Part shown: positions 37,192 to 46,515 of the stretch, piece after piece
Position numbering within the stretch: position 1 is the stretch's first letter
Layout: the number at the start of each line of letters is the position of its first letter
IMG/VR virus record: IMGVR_UViG_3300006879_000004
Span: 1 to 57,749 of that record
DNA length: 57,749 nt
DNA from: a virus
Lineage: Duplodnaviria; Caudoviricetes
Strand: one strand, 5' to 3'
Notes under the pieces: model-generated
The model's database searches: none
What the model was told of the DNA's origin: nothing
Seen by the model: the letters and a program-made list of their open reading frames with translations, nothing else
Program-made: the position numbers and the translations under genes

Positions 37192-37458
37192 ATGGTTAAG
37201 AAAACAATTACTACCCCGATTGTCCTTTTAAAAGTTAAAGGGAATTTTAAGGAAAAGGCTTCTTTGTTAAACATCACTGCTATAACTAGTTATGAGTCCC
37301 ACATCGATCAGACTTTTATAGTGGCTAAAGTAGAGGACGAGGAGGGAGTTGCTCCAAAAGTGTCAGAGATTTACAGAGAGATGTTAGGAATTAAAGAAAA
37401 TGATTTTGTGAGCGTACAATACTCCAAGGCAGGTATAGATTTTATCACACACTCTTGA
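37192..37458 (+). CDS. Hypothetical protein
   Basis: 88-aa ORF starting at a predicted transcription start. Confidence 0.7.
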   Translation: MVKKTITTPIVLLKVKGNFKEKASLLNITAITSYESHIDQTFIVAKVEDEEGVAPKVSEIYREMLGIKENDFVSVQYSKAGIDFITHS

Positions 37459-37539
37459 GTAAATAAGTTAAAAGATTTTTAGTAACTTAGCAATCCGTTT
37501 CAAAAAGTAAAAGTTAATTTGATTTAATATATTTTCACT

Positions 37540-38277
37540 ATGAAATACATGGGAAGTAAAAATAGAATAGCGAAGTTTATAGTACCTATTCTAGAAAAAT
37601 CATTTTATGATAACAACTGTGAGATATTTATAGATGCTTGTTGTGGCGGATGTAACCTTGTAGATAAAATAAGTACCAACATTCCAAGATATGCTAATGA
37701 CGTTAATAGGTATTTAATTGAAATGTTTAAAGGTTTGCAGAAAGGTATTGATTACCCAATGGAAATTGATAAAGACTTATATGATTTAGCTAGAGATGTT
37801 TACAATGGACGAGAGACTAGGTTTGAACATTTAATGAATATGACTGATGATATGGTAGGTTGGATAGGTTGGATGGGATCTTATAATGGCAGATTCTTTG
37901 ATGGGGGGTACTCAGGGCATAATGTTAAAGGTAGAGATTATATAGGAGAACAAATTAGAAATACCTTAAAACAAATTGAAAGATTAAAAGATGTTACATT
38001 CACAAATAAAAGTCTCTTTGACATAACCCCAAAGAAAAAGGCGTTAATATATTTTGATATTCCTTATAAGGACACTAAACAATACGACACATCTAAGAGA
38101 TTCGATTACGAAAGCTTTTACGAGTTTTGTTACCATCTTAATTTTATCGGGCACAAGGTGTTCATTTCAGAATATAAAATGCCTGAATACTTCAAATGTG
38201 TTTGGGAAAAAGAGGTAACTAACTCACTTAATACTAAAAATACATATAAACCAACGGAAAGATTATACACTTTATAA
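37540..38277 (+). CDS. DNA adenine methyltransferase (D12/Dam-like class)
   Basis: MKYMGSK, FIDACCGG (SAM binding), NDVN, YFDIPY (DPPY variant), VFISEY, ERLY. Confidence 0.85.
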   Translation: MKYMGSKNRIAKFIVPILEKSFYDNNCEIFIDACCGGCNLVDKISTNIPRYANDVNRYLIEMFKGLQKGIDYPMEIDKDLYDLARDVYNGRETRFEHLMNMTDDMVGWIGWMGSYNGRFFDGGYSGHNVKGRDYIGEQIRNTLKQIERLKDVTFTNKSLFDITPKKKALIYFDIPYKDTKQYDTSKRFDYESFYEFCYHLNFIGHKVFISEYKMPEYFKCVWEKEVTNSLNTKNTYKPTERLYTL

Positions 38278-38278
38278 T

Positions 38279-38470
38279 ATGTCAAGGTCATTAAAAAGAG
38301 AAGTCTACAAAGACAAGCCTATTGCGGAGTACAACAAGAGGTTCAGGAGGATAAACAAGATTAGGCTATCAATGGGTAAAGATCCTTTAAATACCCCGGA
38401 GATAACAAATGATTACGATGTGTGTGATTGGAAATATTTAAAAGACGTAAATAACAAGATAAGTAAATGA
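38279..38470 (+). CDS. Small basic hypothetical protein
   Basis: 63 aa, MSRSLKR...NKRFRR...NDYDVCDWK; abuts the MTase stop. Confidence 0.65.
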   Translation: MSRSLKREVYKDKPIAEYNKRFRRINKIRLSMGKDPLNTPEITNDYDVCDWKYLKDVNNKISK

Positions 38471-38524
38471 GAAAATATAAAGGAGAAGTTAAATTTAATT
38501 AAATATGGAGGATAGCATTTATAT

Positions 38525-39517
38525 ATGAGCAACGCAGGAATTTTCGAAAACGTAGAGCACTTAGACCCCAGATACGATTTCTTGGATGAGTATGTACGTA
38601 CCATGTACAGGGCATTTTGGACACCAGCTATTTATGAACAGGGTATTAGAGAGACAGATGTCCCTTACTTTGAAAACAATCTACCCTATGTAGACCAAGA
38701 GGGGATTAGAAGAGGTATAACACTAATAAGCCTAGTAGAGGATAAGGTAAAAACTTATTGGCCAACTCTAGTATTAGATTTACCCCAAACAATCATTGGG
38801 GATGTGGGAGGAGTCTTTGGGCAGTCAGAAGTGACTCATCGGAGGGCGTACCACTCTTTAACTAAGGCTCTTGGGGTGGATCTACAAGAAATGATGAAAC
38901 ACCAAGAACTAGAAGGTAGGGTAAAATACTTAAACAAACACATTGAGCAAGACCCTAAGATTATTGGTAAAAAACGGGTTCTTAAAAAGTTGGTTTTATT
39001 CACAGCACTGGTTGAAAGAATTTCCCTATACACATGGTTCTATTATCTGATGAGTTATGCTCACGCTAACCGAGGTTTAAAAACCATAAGTGCTCTTCAA
39101 TCCACAACATGCGCTGAGGAGAGCTATCACTACAGTTTTGGGATTGATGTAATCAACATCATTAAGGAGCAACACCCTAGTCTGTGGGATGAGTATTTAA
39201 CAGAGCTAGTGGTTAAGAACATTAAAGATGCTCATAAGGCAGAGCTTAGGTTAATAGATTGGGTGTTCGAAAAGGGGGTACCCTCTCATATAACTAAAGA
39301 AGAATTAATAAACTTCATGAACGACAACTTCAATGTGGTATGTAAAGACCTTGGATTAGACCTTAAGTTCAAGGTAGATGCTGACCTTTTTGAAGATAAA
39401 AACTCTTGGTTTAACCGTAAGGTATTTATTACAGGAGAACCTGATTTTTTTGCAGATCCAGTTGGTGGGTATGCTAGTACAGAAGTTAAAGTAGATTTAG
39501 ACACATTTGAATTTTAA
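38525..39517 (+). CDS. nrdB: Ribonucleotide reductase class I beta subunit
   Basis: FWTP, SEVTHRRAY (E/H ligands and radical Tyr), VERISL, EESYH, DFF. Confidence 0.92.
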   Translation: MSNAGIFENVEHLDPRYDFLDEYVRTMYRAFWTPAIYEQGIRETDVPYFENNLPYVDQEGIRRGITLISLVEDKVKTYWPTLVLDLPQTIIGDVGGVFGQSEVTHRRAYHSLTKALGVDLQEMMKHQELEGRVKYLNKHIEQDPKIIGKKRVLKKLVLFTALVERISLYTWFYYLMSYAHANRGLKTISALQSTTCAEESYHYSFGIDVINIIKEQHPSLWDEYLTELVVKNIKDAHKAELRLIDWVFEKGVPSHITKEELINFMNDNFNVVCKDLGLDLKFKVDADLFEDKNSWFNRKVFITGEPDFFADPVGGYASTEVKVDLDTFEF

Positions 39518-39526
39518 ATATAGAAG

Positions 39527-41227
39527 ATGAAATTAGAATTTTTAGGAGATCCGCAATTAGAGTTTTTAAAAGAAGGAAGATACATACTAGAAGGGGAGAC
39601 AGCTCAAGATAGATATAGAGAGATAGTAGATAGGGTAAGAGATTACGAAGAGGAGTATCAAGAGCCGGGACTGGCAAAACGGATGGAGGAGTGGTTAGAT
39701 AAGAATTATATCCAAGTATCAACACCAGTTCTTTCAAACTTTGGTAGAAAAAAGAGGGGTAATATAGGTAATGTCGGATTCCCAGCTTCTTGTAATATTG
39801 TAACAGTAAATGACTCCATCCACGATATATGGGGAAGTGACCTAGAATCAGCCTTATTATCAAAACACGGAGCTGGTGTTGGAGCAGACTTCACTAGAAT
39901 TACACAGAAAGGAACATTGATTGGAGAAGGGTTTAACTCAAACTCTAAGTTGGATTATATAGAAAGGTTCGTAGACACTGCTCAAAAAGTATCTCAAGGT
40001 CATAGGAGAGGGTACTTAACCCCCTTTATCGGTATCGACGATAACGACTTTGATGAACTAATGAGACGTATCGATAAAACAAACTCTAACGAATATGACG
40101 TACTAGCAAACAATACTGTAGGAGTAATATTACCAAAAGGTTTTGACGAACGTATTAAAACCGATAAAGAATTACAGAGGCGGTACATGGTTGTCCTTAA
40201 TGAACGCATGAAAACAGGTCGTGTGTACCTAGTACATGTGGATAACATGAACAAAAACAGTTCTAACGTTTACAAAGAATTAGGAATAGATGTTGAGACA
40301 ACTAATATTTGTACCGAATTTCTACAGCCTTTATTTGATGATATGACATCAGTATGTGTGCTGTCCGCACTTAACTTGGTGCACTGGGATTATATAAAAG
40401 AGCATCCGGAAATTATACGTGATTTGTTCATATTCCTAGATATTGTTAATGAGGAATATGTCAAGTTAACTAAAGGAGTTAAAGGTTTGGAAAAAGCCCA
40501 CCGTGGTGCTAAGATGAAGAGGGACATAGGCGCAGGAACTTTAGGGTTAGCAGAGTACTTTCAAATCAAAGGGGTTGGTTTTGGAGATCCGATGAGCAGA
40601 GCGTATAATAAACAGATATATAAGTTGATGCGGGAGGTAGGAGATCAGACGACAAAAGAACTGGCTGAAAAGTTAGGACCTGCACCCTTAGCTGAGAAGG
40701 CTGGTATGATGGTTAGGAACTGCAGTTTAATGATGATTGCTCCAAACAAGTCAACTAGCTTTTTAGCTAACTCTACATCTGCTGGGGTAGAACCTTTCAT
40801 GAGTAATATATTTAGTAAAAACCTTGCAAAGATTCAGTACATATTTAAGAACAAGCATTTAGAAAAACTACTAGAGGATAAGGGTAAGAACAATAGGGAC
40901 GTTTGGAAGAGTATTGAGGATAACAACGGATCAGTTCAACAACTAGATTTCTTAACAACTGAGGAGAAGAACGTTTTCAGAACATTCAGTGAGGTCAGCC
41001 CTAAAGATATACTAGATTTAGCCTCTGATAGGCAGGTGTTTGTAGACATGGGACAAAGTCTTAATCTGGTCCACCGTAAAAACTATACCATTAAGGACAT
41101 CTATGACATTCACAAATACGCTTGGGATAAAGGTATAAAAACTTTGTACTACATGTATTCCAGCGCACATGCGGTCTTAGAAAAAGAGGGAGAGTCTTGG
41201 GACACTTGTCTAAGTTGTCAAGATTAG
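39527..41227 (+). CDS. nrdA: Ribonucleotide reductase class I alpha subunit (short, no ATP cone)
   Basis: STPVLSNFG, PASC, TNICTE, VCVLSALN, IAPNKSTS, QSLN, KTLYY, C-terminal CLSC. Confidence 0.94.
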   Translation: MKLEFLGDPQLEFLKEGRYILEGETAQDRYREIVDRVRDYEEEYQEPGLAKRMEEWLDKNYIQVSTPVLSNFGRKKRGNIGNVGFPASCNIVTVNDSIHDIWGSDLESALLSKHGAGVGADFTRITQKGTLIGEGFNSNSKLDYIERFVDTAQKVSQGHRRGYLTPFIGIDDNDFDELMRRIDKTNSNEYDVLANNTVGVILPKGFDERIKTDKELQRRYMVVLNERMKTGRVYLVHVDNMNKNSSNVYKELGIDVETTNICTEFLQPLFDDMTSVCVLSALNLVHWDYIKEHPEIIRDLFIFLDIVNEEYVKLTKGVKGLEKAHRGAKMKRDIGAGTLGLAEYFQIKGVGFGDPMSRAYNKQIYKLMREVGDQTTKELAEKLGPAPLAEKAGMMVRNCSLMMIAPNKSTSFLANSTSAGVEPFMSNIFSKNLAKIQYIFKNKHLEKLLEDKGKNNRDVWKSIEDNNGSVQQLDFLTTEEKNVFRTFSEVSPKDILDLASDRQVFVDMGQSLNLVHRKNYTIKDIYDIHKYAWDKGIKTLYYMYSSAHAVLEKEGESWDTCLSCQD

Positions 41228-41231
41228 GTTT

Positions 41232-41886
41232 ATGTATGTAATATATCGAATATTTAATATGGTTTCGGGGCACCTCTACTTAGGGTGCTCCAAAGACTAT
41301 AAAAGAAGATTTAGGGAACATAGAAGAAAATTAAATAAAAGAACTCACGCTAATAGTAGGTTACAAAATTCTTGGAATAAGTATGGTGAAAAGGCTTTTA
41401 CTTTCGAGGTAATATATCAATTTGAATCTGAAAAAAGATATGTATAATAAAGAGATATTTTTAATATCTGTAACAGATAATTTACTAAACTTAGCCGAAG
41501 GAGGGTTAGGAGGGGATTATTCCAAGTTTTGGAGTGAAGAAAGAAAAAACAAACACAGAATAGAGGTGTCTAACCGTCTTAAGAAATACTATAAGACGAA
41601 TAGTACCCATAAACTAAATGCGTTCCTTAATAAAAATGAAGAGGAACTTGCTATTTTAAGGGAGAAATGGTCAGAGTGTAAAAAAGGTTTGAAAAATTGG
41701 AACGCTAAGTACCCGCAGAAAATACTTCAAATTAAAGATGGTGTTGTTATCAGAGAGTGGGATAATGTTTATCAAGTAAGGGATGAATTAGGCTACAGAA
41801 TCCTTTACATAATAAAGTGTGCAAAAAAGTACAAAGGTTTCTACACTCATAAAGGGTATAGTTGGCAATTTAAAAACGAGCTATAG
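41232..41886 (+). pseudogene. GIY-YIG homing endonuclease split by a +1 frameshift
   Basis: VIYRI...LYLG...RRFREH...HAN..LQNSWNKYG in 41232..41447; LNLAEGG and a NUMOD1-like tail (THKGYSWQF) in 41422..41886. Removing one A at 41431-41436 fuses them (FESEKDMYNKE). Confidence 0.85.
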
Positions 41887-41921
41887 TATATTGTAGCTGC
41901 GCAGATTAACATAAACAAAAT

Positions 41922-41946
41922 AAGGGGACCTTTTGAGTCCCCTTTT
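41922..41946. terminator. Bidirectional terminator between converging genes
   Basis: AAGGGGAC-cttttga-GTCCCCTTTT. Confidence 0.78.
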
Positions 41947-41967
41947 CACATTTAACGTCTGTTTGTA

Positions 41968-42351
41968 TTATAGATTCATTCCAAAATGTTTAGCTACCTT
42001 CTTAACCAGATCATCTATCTCTTCCTTAGGAGCACCATTAATTTGAGCTAAGTAAAGTTTAGCTTCCGGTTCCGATAACACCCAATGAATGTTAAAAGTT
42101 TGAAAGTCGTCGAAGTTAACTAAGACTGGCTTTGCGTGATAAAAAGGCAAACCCCAATTCCTACCCGACTCCCGGATTAAAGCATGTTTAGCTACACTCA
42201 AACTCTCCTTTCCTAACTCTATTAAGATGGCCCTAAGGGCAGACTTATCCCCCCTATTAAATAATTCCACACTTAGTTCTAATCTCTTACTGTCTAGCAA
42301 ATCATCAACTGTGATTCCTAGTGTTCTTCCTGATCTCTTAAACTTTTTCAT
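41968..42351 (-). CDS. Hypothetical protein, lone minus-strand gene
   Basis: 127-aa ORF with its own TAGGAA promoter and terminator. Confidence 0.75.
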   Translation of the reverse strand: MKKFKRSGRTLGITVDDLLDSKRLELSVELFNRGDKSALRAILIELGKESLSVAKHALIRESGRNWGLPFYHAKPVLVNFDDFQTFNIHWVLSEPEAKLYLAQINGAPKEEIDDLVKKVAKHFGMNL

Positions 42352-42387
42352 TTAACGCTTCGGCATAAATTGTTTTTAACTTAAAGC

Positions 42388-42418
42388 CGAAGTTAAGTCT
42401 TTTATACTAAATTTCCTA
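42388..42418 (-). promoter_or_regulatory. Phage-type promoter TAGGAA-N17-TAACTTCG
   Basis: Minus strand TAGGAA atttagtataaaagact TAACTTCG. Confidence 0.68.
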
Positions 42419-42464
42419 ATTAATATTGTAACAATGTTATTACAGCGTAAAGTGAAAGTTTTCC

Positions 42465-42495
42465 TAGGAAGTGTAAAAGTTATTTATTACATTTG
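42465..42495 (+). promoter_or_regulatory. Phage-type promoter TAGGAA-N17-TACATTTG, ATG 4 nt downstream
   Basis: TAGGAA gtgtaaaagttatttat TACATTTG tgac ATG(42500). Confidence 0.82.
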
Positions 42496-42499
42496 TGAC

Positions 42500-42958
42500 A
42501 TGGAAGAACAACTGACATTAGAACAAGCCATTATTAGAGTATTGGAGTTCAACAAAGGAGGTGGTCAAGATGTAACATATACCCCCAGATGGATTAAACG
42601 AGAGGATTTTAAAAAACAACTGGCTATCTTAAGGGAAGAAGTTAACGAAATTGACGAAGCGTTTGAGAAGAAAGATATGCCAGAAGTGTTGGATGGGTTA
42701 GCTGACACACTTTACGTACTGTTAGGGCTAGTCTCCAGATTAGGTTTAGTTGGGGAAATGGTAGGTGCTTTCAAAGAGGTGTGCGATTCTAACGACACTA
42801 AGATTTGGCATAACGGTATTAACGTAGCTGTGTTTAAAGAATCTGTAGACCCTGTAACGGGGGAGAAGTTCACCAAGATAGGTAAACCTGAGACTTTTGA
42901 ACCAGCCAGATTAGACATTAAGTACCCTTACCTTAAAACACTTAAAGAAGTAGATTAA
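42500..42958 (+). CDS. MazG-like / all-alpha NTP pyrophosphohydrolase
   Basis: LREEVNE...EVLDGLADTLYV...FKEVCDSNDTK...KIGKP; start reassigned to 42500 because of the promoter. Confidence 0.85.
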   Translation: MEEQLTLEQAIIRVLEFNKGGGQDVTYTPRWIKREDFKKQLAILREEVNEIDEAFEKKDMPEVLDGLADTLYVLLGLVSRLGLVGEMVGAFKEVCDSNDTKIWHNGINVAVFKESVDPVTGEKFTKIGKPETFEPARLDIKYPYLKTLKEVD

Positions 42959-42961
42959 CAC

Positions 42962-43210
42962 ATGCGGAGACAACTAACCAGATTTGAACGTAACAAGTTA
43001 ATGTCAATTATAGACAGAGTAAATCCAGTAGCGGAATTAGAAAAGATTGATGAGGATGGAAGCTACGTTTATACAGCTAAAGTAGAAAACATAGTAGTGG
43101 GATTCCTTATACCACAAAGACACACTCGAGTAGGTAGATTGAAGGAACCCCTGTTAGACAGAGAGTTAAGTAGAAATATTTCAGCACATTTAAGATTTAA
43201 AGATGAGTAA
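42962..43210 (+). CDS. Hypothetical protein
   Basis: 82 aa in a tightly packed operon. Confidence 0.7.
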   Translation: MRRQLTRFERNKLMSIIDRVNPVAELEKIDEDGSYVYTAKVENIVVGFLIPQRHTRVGRLKEPLLDRELSRNISAHLRFKDE

Positions 43211-43421
43211 GCGAGGAAAGAGACAATCAGTGAACAGAATGCTGAAGCGTGGTAACGCAGAGGCAAGAGTTAACTACATGACACAGAATGTAGAAATTTG
43301 GAGCCGTACTAAGCGCAGTAAAGAGTTTAAACAACTGCACAGTATTATACCAGCGAAAGAAGCTATTCAAGAAGTATTATCAGAAATGGAGGTCGATGAT
43401 GTCGGAACAGCAGGTTCATAA
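43203..43421 (+). CDS. Hypothetical protein
   Basis: 72 aa, overlapping neighbours. Confidence 0.65.
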   Translation: MSKRGKRQSVNRMLKRGNAEARVNYMTQNVEIWSRTKRSKEFKQLHSIIPAKEAIQEVLSEMEVDDVGTAGS

Positions 43422-43641
43422 AAGAGATCAATTGAAGTCTTGGGGATTTAAAATAACCCAAGATGGAGGAGAGTGTTATTACCAGAAGGTACTGGATTAT
43501 GATGACTATTTTAACTCTCCGTTCCTATACACCGAAAAGGTTAAAAGAAACGGCCACATGGTGTACCTATGGGGTAAAGAGGAGCCTTTAACGGAGAGTG
43601 AGATAGTAGAGTTATTAGATCAATATAAAAAGGAGGATTAA
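43396..43641 (+). CDS. Hypothetical protein
   Basis: 81 aa in the operon. Confidence 0.65.
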   Translation: MMSEQQVHKRDQLKSWGFKITQDGGECYYQKVLDYDDYFNSPFLYTEKVKRNGHMVYLWGKEEPLTESEIVELLDQYKKED

Positions 43642-43803
43642 ATGGATATTAGTATGTGCTGGAATGAGGAATGCCCCTCTAAGAATGAGTGCTACAGATT
43701 CACAGCAACTCCGGAACCGTTGTATCAAAGTTATGCGGATTTTGAACCTCTTGAAGGGGAGGATAAGTGTGAGTATTTTTGGGACAATACGGAGTATAAA
43801 TAG
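43642..43803 (+). CDS. Small Cys-rich protein (53 aa)
   Basis: MDISMCWNEECPSKNECYRFTATPEPLYQSYADFEPLEGEDKCEYFWDNTEYK; four Cys; starts directly after the previous stop. Confidence 0.75.
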   Translation: MDISMCWNEECPSKNECYRFTATPEPLYQSYADFEPLEGEDKCEYFWDNTEYK

Positions 43804-43829
43804 AGTAACAAATTTAAACATATACAATT

Positions 43830-44009
43830 TTGGAAAAGTATCATATTACAATTTATTTTAAGGAAGGTGGTAGTGCTGAGTATGTAGGTACAGGTAGGCC
43901 ATCTGCGAACTCTGAAGAAATCATGGTTAAATCTCCTGACGGGTCTGAAATAATCATAGACAGAGAATCAGTTAAACTGTTTATAGTAAAACCCTACGCA
44001 GAGGGGTAA
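43830..44009 (+). CDS. Hypothetical 59-aa protein (TTG start)
   Basis: MEKYHITIYFKEGGSAEYVGTGRPSANSEEIMVKSPDGSEIIIDRESVKLFIVKPYAEG; ends before a terminator. Confidence 0.6.
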   Translation: MEKYHITIYFKEGGSAEYVGTGRPSANSEEIMVKSPDGSEIIIDRESVKLFIVKPYAEG

Positions 44010-44037
44010 GTGTAAATCTGCACTATAATTTAGATTT

Positions 44038-44074
44038 GAACCCGACTGTCGTAAGATACTCGGGTTTTCTTTTT
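44038..44074 (+). terminator. Intrinsic terminator
   Basis: GAACCCGA-ctgtcgtaagatac-TCGGGTTT-TCTTTTT. Confidence 0.72.
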
Positions 44075-44084
44075 CAGATTTTCT

Positions 44085-44115
44085 TAGGAAGTTAGCAGTA
44101 TAATGCTTATATTTG
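44085..44115 (+). promoter_or_regulatory. Phage-type promoter TAGGAA-N17-TATATTTG, ATG 4 nt downstream
   Basis: TAGGAA gttagcagtataatgct TATATTTG tgac ATG(44120). Confidence 0.82.
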
Positions 44116-44119
44116 TGAC

Positions 44120-46024
44120 ATGAGCACTAAGAAAAAACCAAACGCATTTGTATTTGATATTGAAACTGATGGTCTCTACGATGAGGTAACCAAGATACAC
44201 TGCTTGTCTTACATAAGACTTGGGGATTCAGAAGTTAAGTCTATAACAGACATGGAGAGAATAAAACAATTCTTCTTACAAGATGACCTAACACTTCTCG
44301 GCCACAATATAGTCGTCTACGATATACCTACAGTCAAGAAGGTATTAGATTTTGACTTCACACCCAAGAGAACTGTAGATACTTTAGGTATAAGTTGGTA
44401 TTTAAACTCCAGCAAAGATGCGTCTTTTAAACACGGTTTAGAGTATTACGGAGAAAGGTTTGGAATACCTAAGCCTAAGATTGACGATTGGGAGAATCTG
44501 ACAGTGGAAGATTATGTTTTTCGTTGTCAGGAGGATGTCAAGATAAATTATAAATTGTGGTTAGACCAACAAGCTCAGTTAAAGTACTTATACGAAGATG
44601 ATTGGAGAGAGGTTTTTAGGCTTATAGATTACATTACTCTAAAACTAGATGTTGTAGCAGAACAACAGGAGAATAGGACTCTACTAGATACTAACTTAAT
44701 AAATTATGAAATAAACAGGTTAAGTGCTATAGCGAAAGAGAGTCGTGAAGAGTTATTATCAGCAATGCCTAAACAACCTATTAAGTCTAAGAAGAGTAAG
44801 CCCAAGAATGTCTACAAACAAGATGGGGAGTTGACCACATACGGAGCGAAGTGGTTTGAGTTCCTAAAAGAGCTTGGGTTGCCTGAAAGTACGGAAGGGG
44901 ATGTTACGTACATATCGGGATACGATGACCCTAACCCAGATTCTATGGTTCAAATAAAAGACTGGTTATTTAGTCTAGGTTGGGAACCGCAGCATTTTAA
45001 ATATATTAGAGACAAGAAAACAAACGAATTTAGAACTGTTCCCCAGATTACAAACGAGAGGGATGGTACAGAGCTTTGCGAGTCTGTATTAAAACTGTCT
45101 GAAAAAGTTCCTGAAATAAACGCACTTGCTGGGTACTCAACTGTTAAACATAGGATAAAACTTTTCGAGGGGTTTCTAAGAGACATGGATTCGGAGAATA
45201 GGTTACAGTGGGATGCTGGAGGTTTCACTAACACCTTTCGACTTAAGCATAGGAAGGTAGTAAACCTACCAAACCCTAAAGCACCTTTTGCAGAAAATAT
45301 TCGAGCTGTCTTTATAGCTGACACTGGGGAATATTTGGTTGGAAGTGATTTAAGTGGTATAGAAGATGCGACTAAACAACACTACATATTCCCCTTTGAC
45401 CCAGATTATGTTAAGTCTATGCAAACAGAGGATTGGGATGCTCACCTAGACGTTTGTATTAGGGCCGGACTACTATCTGAGGAGCAGGTTGAAGACCACA
45501 AGTCAGGTAAAGTTTTATATAAGGAAGAGAGGCAAAAGGGCAAGACAGTTAATTTTTCTGCGACATATAAAGTGGGAGCTAAGACTTTAGCCAGAACTAT
45601 GAAGGTTCCTGAATCAGAGGCTAAGAAGATACTAGACGCTTACTGGGAAAGAAACTGGGCCATTAAGTCCTTCGAAAAAACTTGTACGGTAAAGTCTATA
45701 GGAGATCAGATGTGGGTTAAGCAACCTATTTCAGGATTCTGGTACACCCTAAGAACACAGAAGGATATATTCTCAACAGTTAATCAGGGAACCGCTGTGT
45801 ACGTTTTTGATATATGGTGTAAGCACTTGAGGGAGTTAGGTATCAGATTATCAGGGACATACCACGATGAAGTCGTTCTGAGGGTCCCTTTCAAAGAGCG
45901 GAGTTTTCAAGAAACCAGAGATCTGATAGGTAAGTCTATGGAGTTGGTAAACGAAGAATTAAAGCTGAATGTGGAGGTTAAATGTTCAGTAGATTTTGGA
46001 AGAACGTATTTAGATGTTCATTAA
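44120..46024 (+). CDS. polA: Family A DNA polymerase with 3'-5' exonuclease
   Basis: FDIETDG, GHNIVVYD, RCQEDV (exonuclease); GSDLSGIE (motif A), RQKGKTVNFSATY (motif B, Phe at the 762-equivalent), YHDE (motif C). Confidence 0.95.
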   Translation: MSTKKKPNAFVFDIETDGLYDEVTKIHCLSYIRLGDSEVKSITDMERIKQFFLQDDLTLLGHNIVVYDIPTVKKVLDFDFTPKRTVDTLGISWYLNSSKDASFKHGLEYYGERFGIPKPKIDDWENLTVEDYVFRCQEDVKINYKLWLDQQAQLKYLYEDDWREVFRLIDYITLKLDVVAEQQENRTLLDTNLINYEINRLSAIAKESREELLSAMPKQPIKSKKSKPKNVYKQDGELTTYGAKWFEFLKELGLPESTEGDVTYISGYDDPNPDSMVQIKDWLFSLGWEPQHFKYIRDKKTNEFRTVPQITNERDGTELCESVLKLSEKVPEINALAGYSTVKHRIKLFEGFLRDMDSENRLQWDAGGFTNTFRLKHRKVVNLPNPKAPFAENIRAVFIADTGEYLVGSDLSGIEDATKQHYIFPFDPDYVKSMQTEDWDAHLDVCIRAGLLSEEQVEDHKSGKVLYKEERQKGKTVNFSATYKVGAKTLARTMKVPESEAKKILDAYWERNWAIKSFEKTCTVKSIGDQMWVKQPISGFWYTLRTQKDIFSTVNQGTAVYVFDIWCKHLRELGIRLSGTYHDEVVLRVPFKERSFQETRDLIGKSMELVNEELKLNVEVKCSVDFGRTYLDVH

Positions 46025-46036
46025 TATAAAACAAAT

Positions 46037-46222
46037 ATGGAAACTTTTAAAATGATACTAGGAGGGATAATTACAGTAGTTATCGTCGTAGGATTAGTAG
46101 TGCCAACCGTATTACACTACATCACCACACTTAAGGAATGTAGAGAACTTCGGAGGCAGATTGATCAAGAACGTAAAAGACGAGAAAACAATTTGAGAAA
46201 AAAGTTAGGAAGTAAAGATTAA
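46037..46222 (+). CDS. Small membrane protein
   Basis: 61 aa; one TM plus a basic coiled tail. Confidence 0.65.
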   Translation: METFKMILGGIITVVIVVGLVVPTVLHYITTLKECRELRRQIDQERKRRENNLRKKLGSKD

Positions 46223-46236
46223 TTTTAGTATAATTG
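46206..46236 (+). promoter_or_regulatory. Phage-type promoter TAGGAA-N17-TATAATTG, ATG 4 nt downstream
   Basis: TAGGAA gtaaagattaattttag TATAATTG tact ATG(46241). Confidence 0.72.
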
Positions 46237-46240
46237 TACT

Positions 46241-46507
46241 ATGAGAAACAAACGAACTCCTCGGAACAAATCTGTACAAGAAGAGTGGGGCTTAGAGCCA
46301 CCAGATGGGGAATACTTGGGAACTAAAGAAGAACGTAAGAAAGCTAAAGAGGCAGACAAGCGCAAGTCATTGAAAATCACAATGATAAAAAATAGACTTA
46401 GCGAGTTACACAGAAACAACATTGTAGAGAGTCCTGAAATAGATAGTCTTTTAGATGATTTGAGTAAGGAGTTGGAGTCGTTAAATTTTGGTTGGGGTTT
46501 AGAATAA
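46241..46507 (+). CDS. Hypothetical protein
   Basis: 88-aa ORF at a predicted transcription start. Confidence 0.7.
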   Translation: MRNKRTPRNKSVQEEWGLEPPDGEYLGTKEERKKAKEADKRKSLKITMIKNRLSELHRNNIVESPEIDSLLDDLSKELESLNFGWGLE

Positions 46508-46515
46508 AATAAAAT

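Noticed and set aside
41228-41909. Group I intron in nrdA
   Set aside because: nrdA is complete with its C-terminal Cys pair and stop. The insert is almost entirely ORF, with no room for, or sign of, a ribozyme core.
42434-42499. ORF-track N-terminal extension of the MazG-like gene
   Set aside because: It runs through the promoter; ATG 42500 matches the recurring -7 box plus 4 nt geometry.
43664-43861. 65-aa plus-strand ORF from the track
   Set aside because: Overlaps the better-supported 43642..43803 and 43830..44009 ORFs in other frames.
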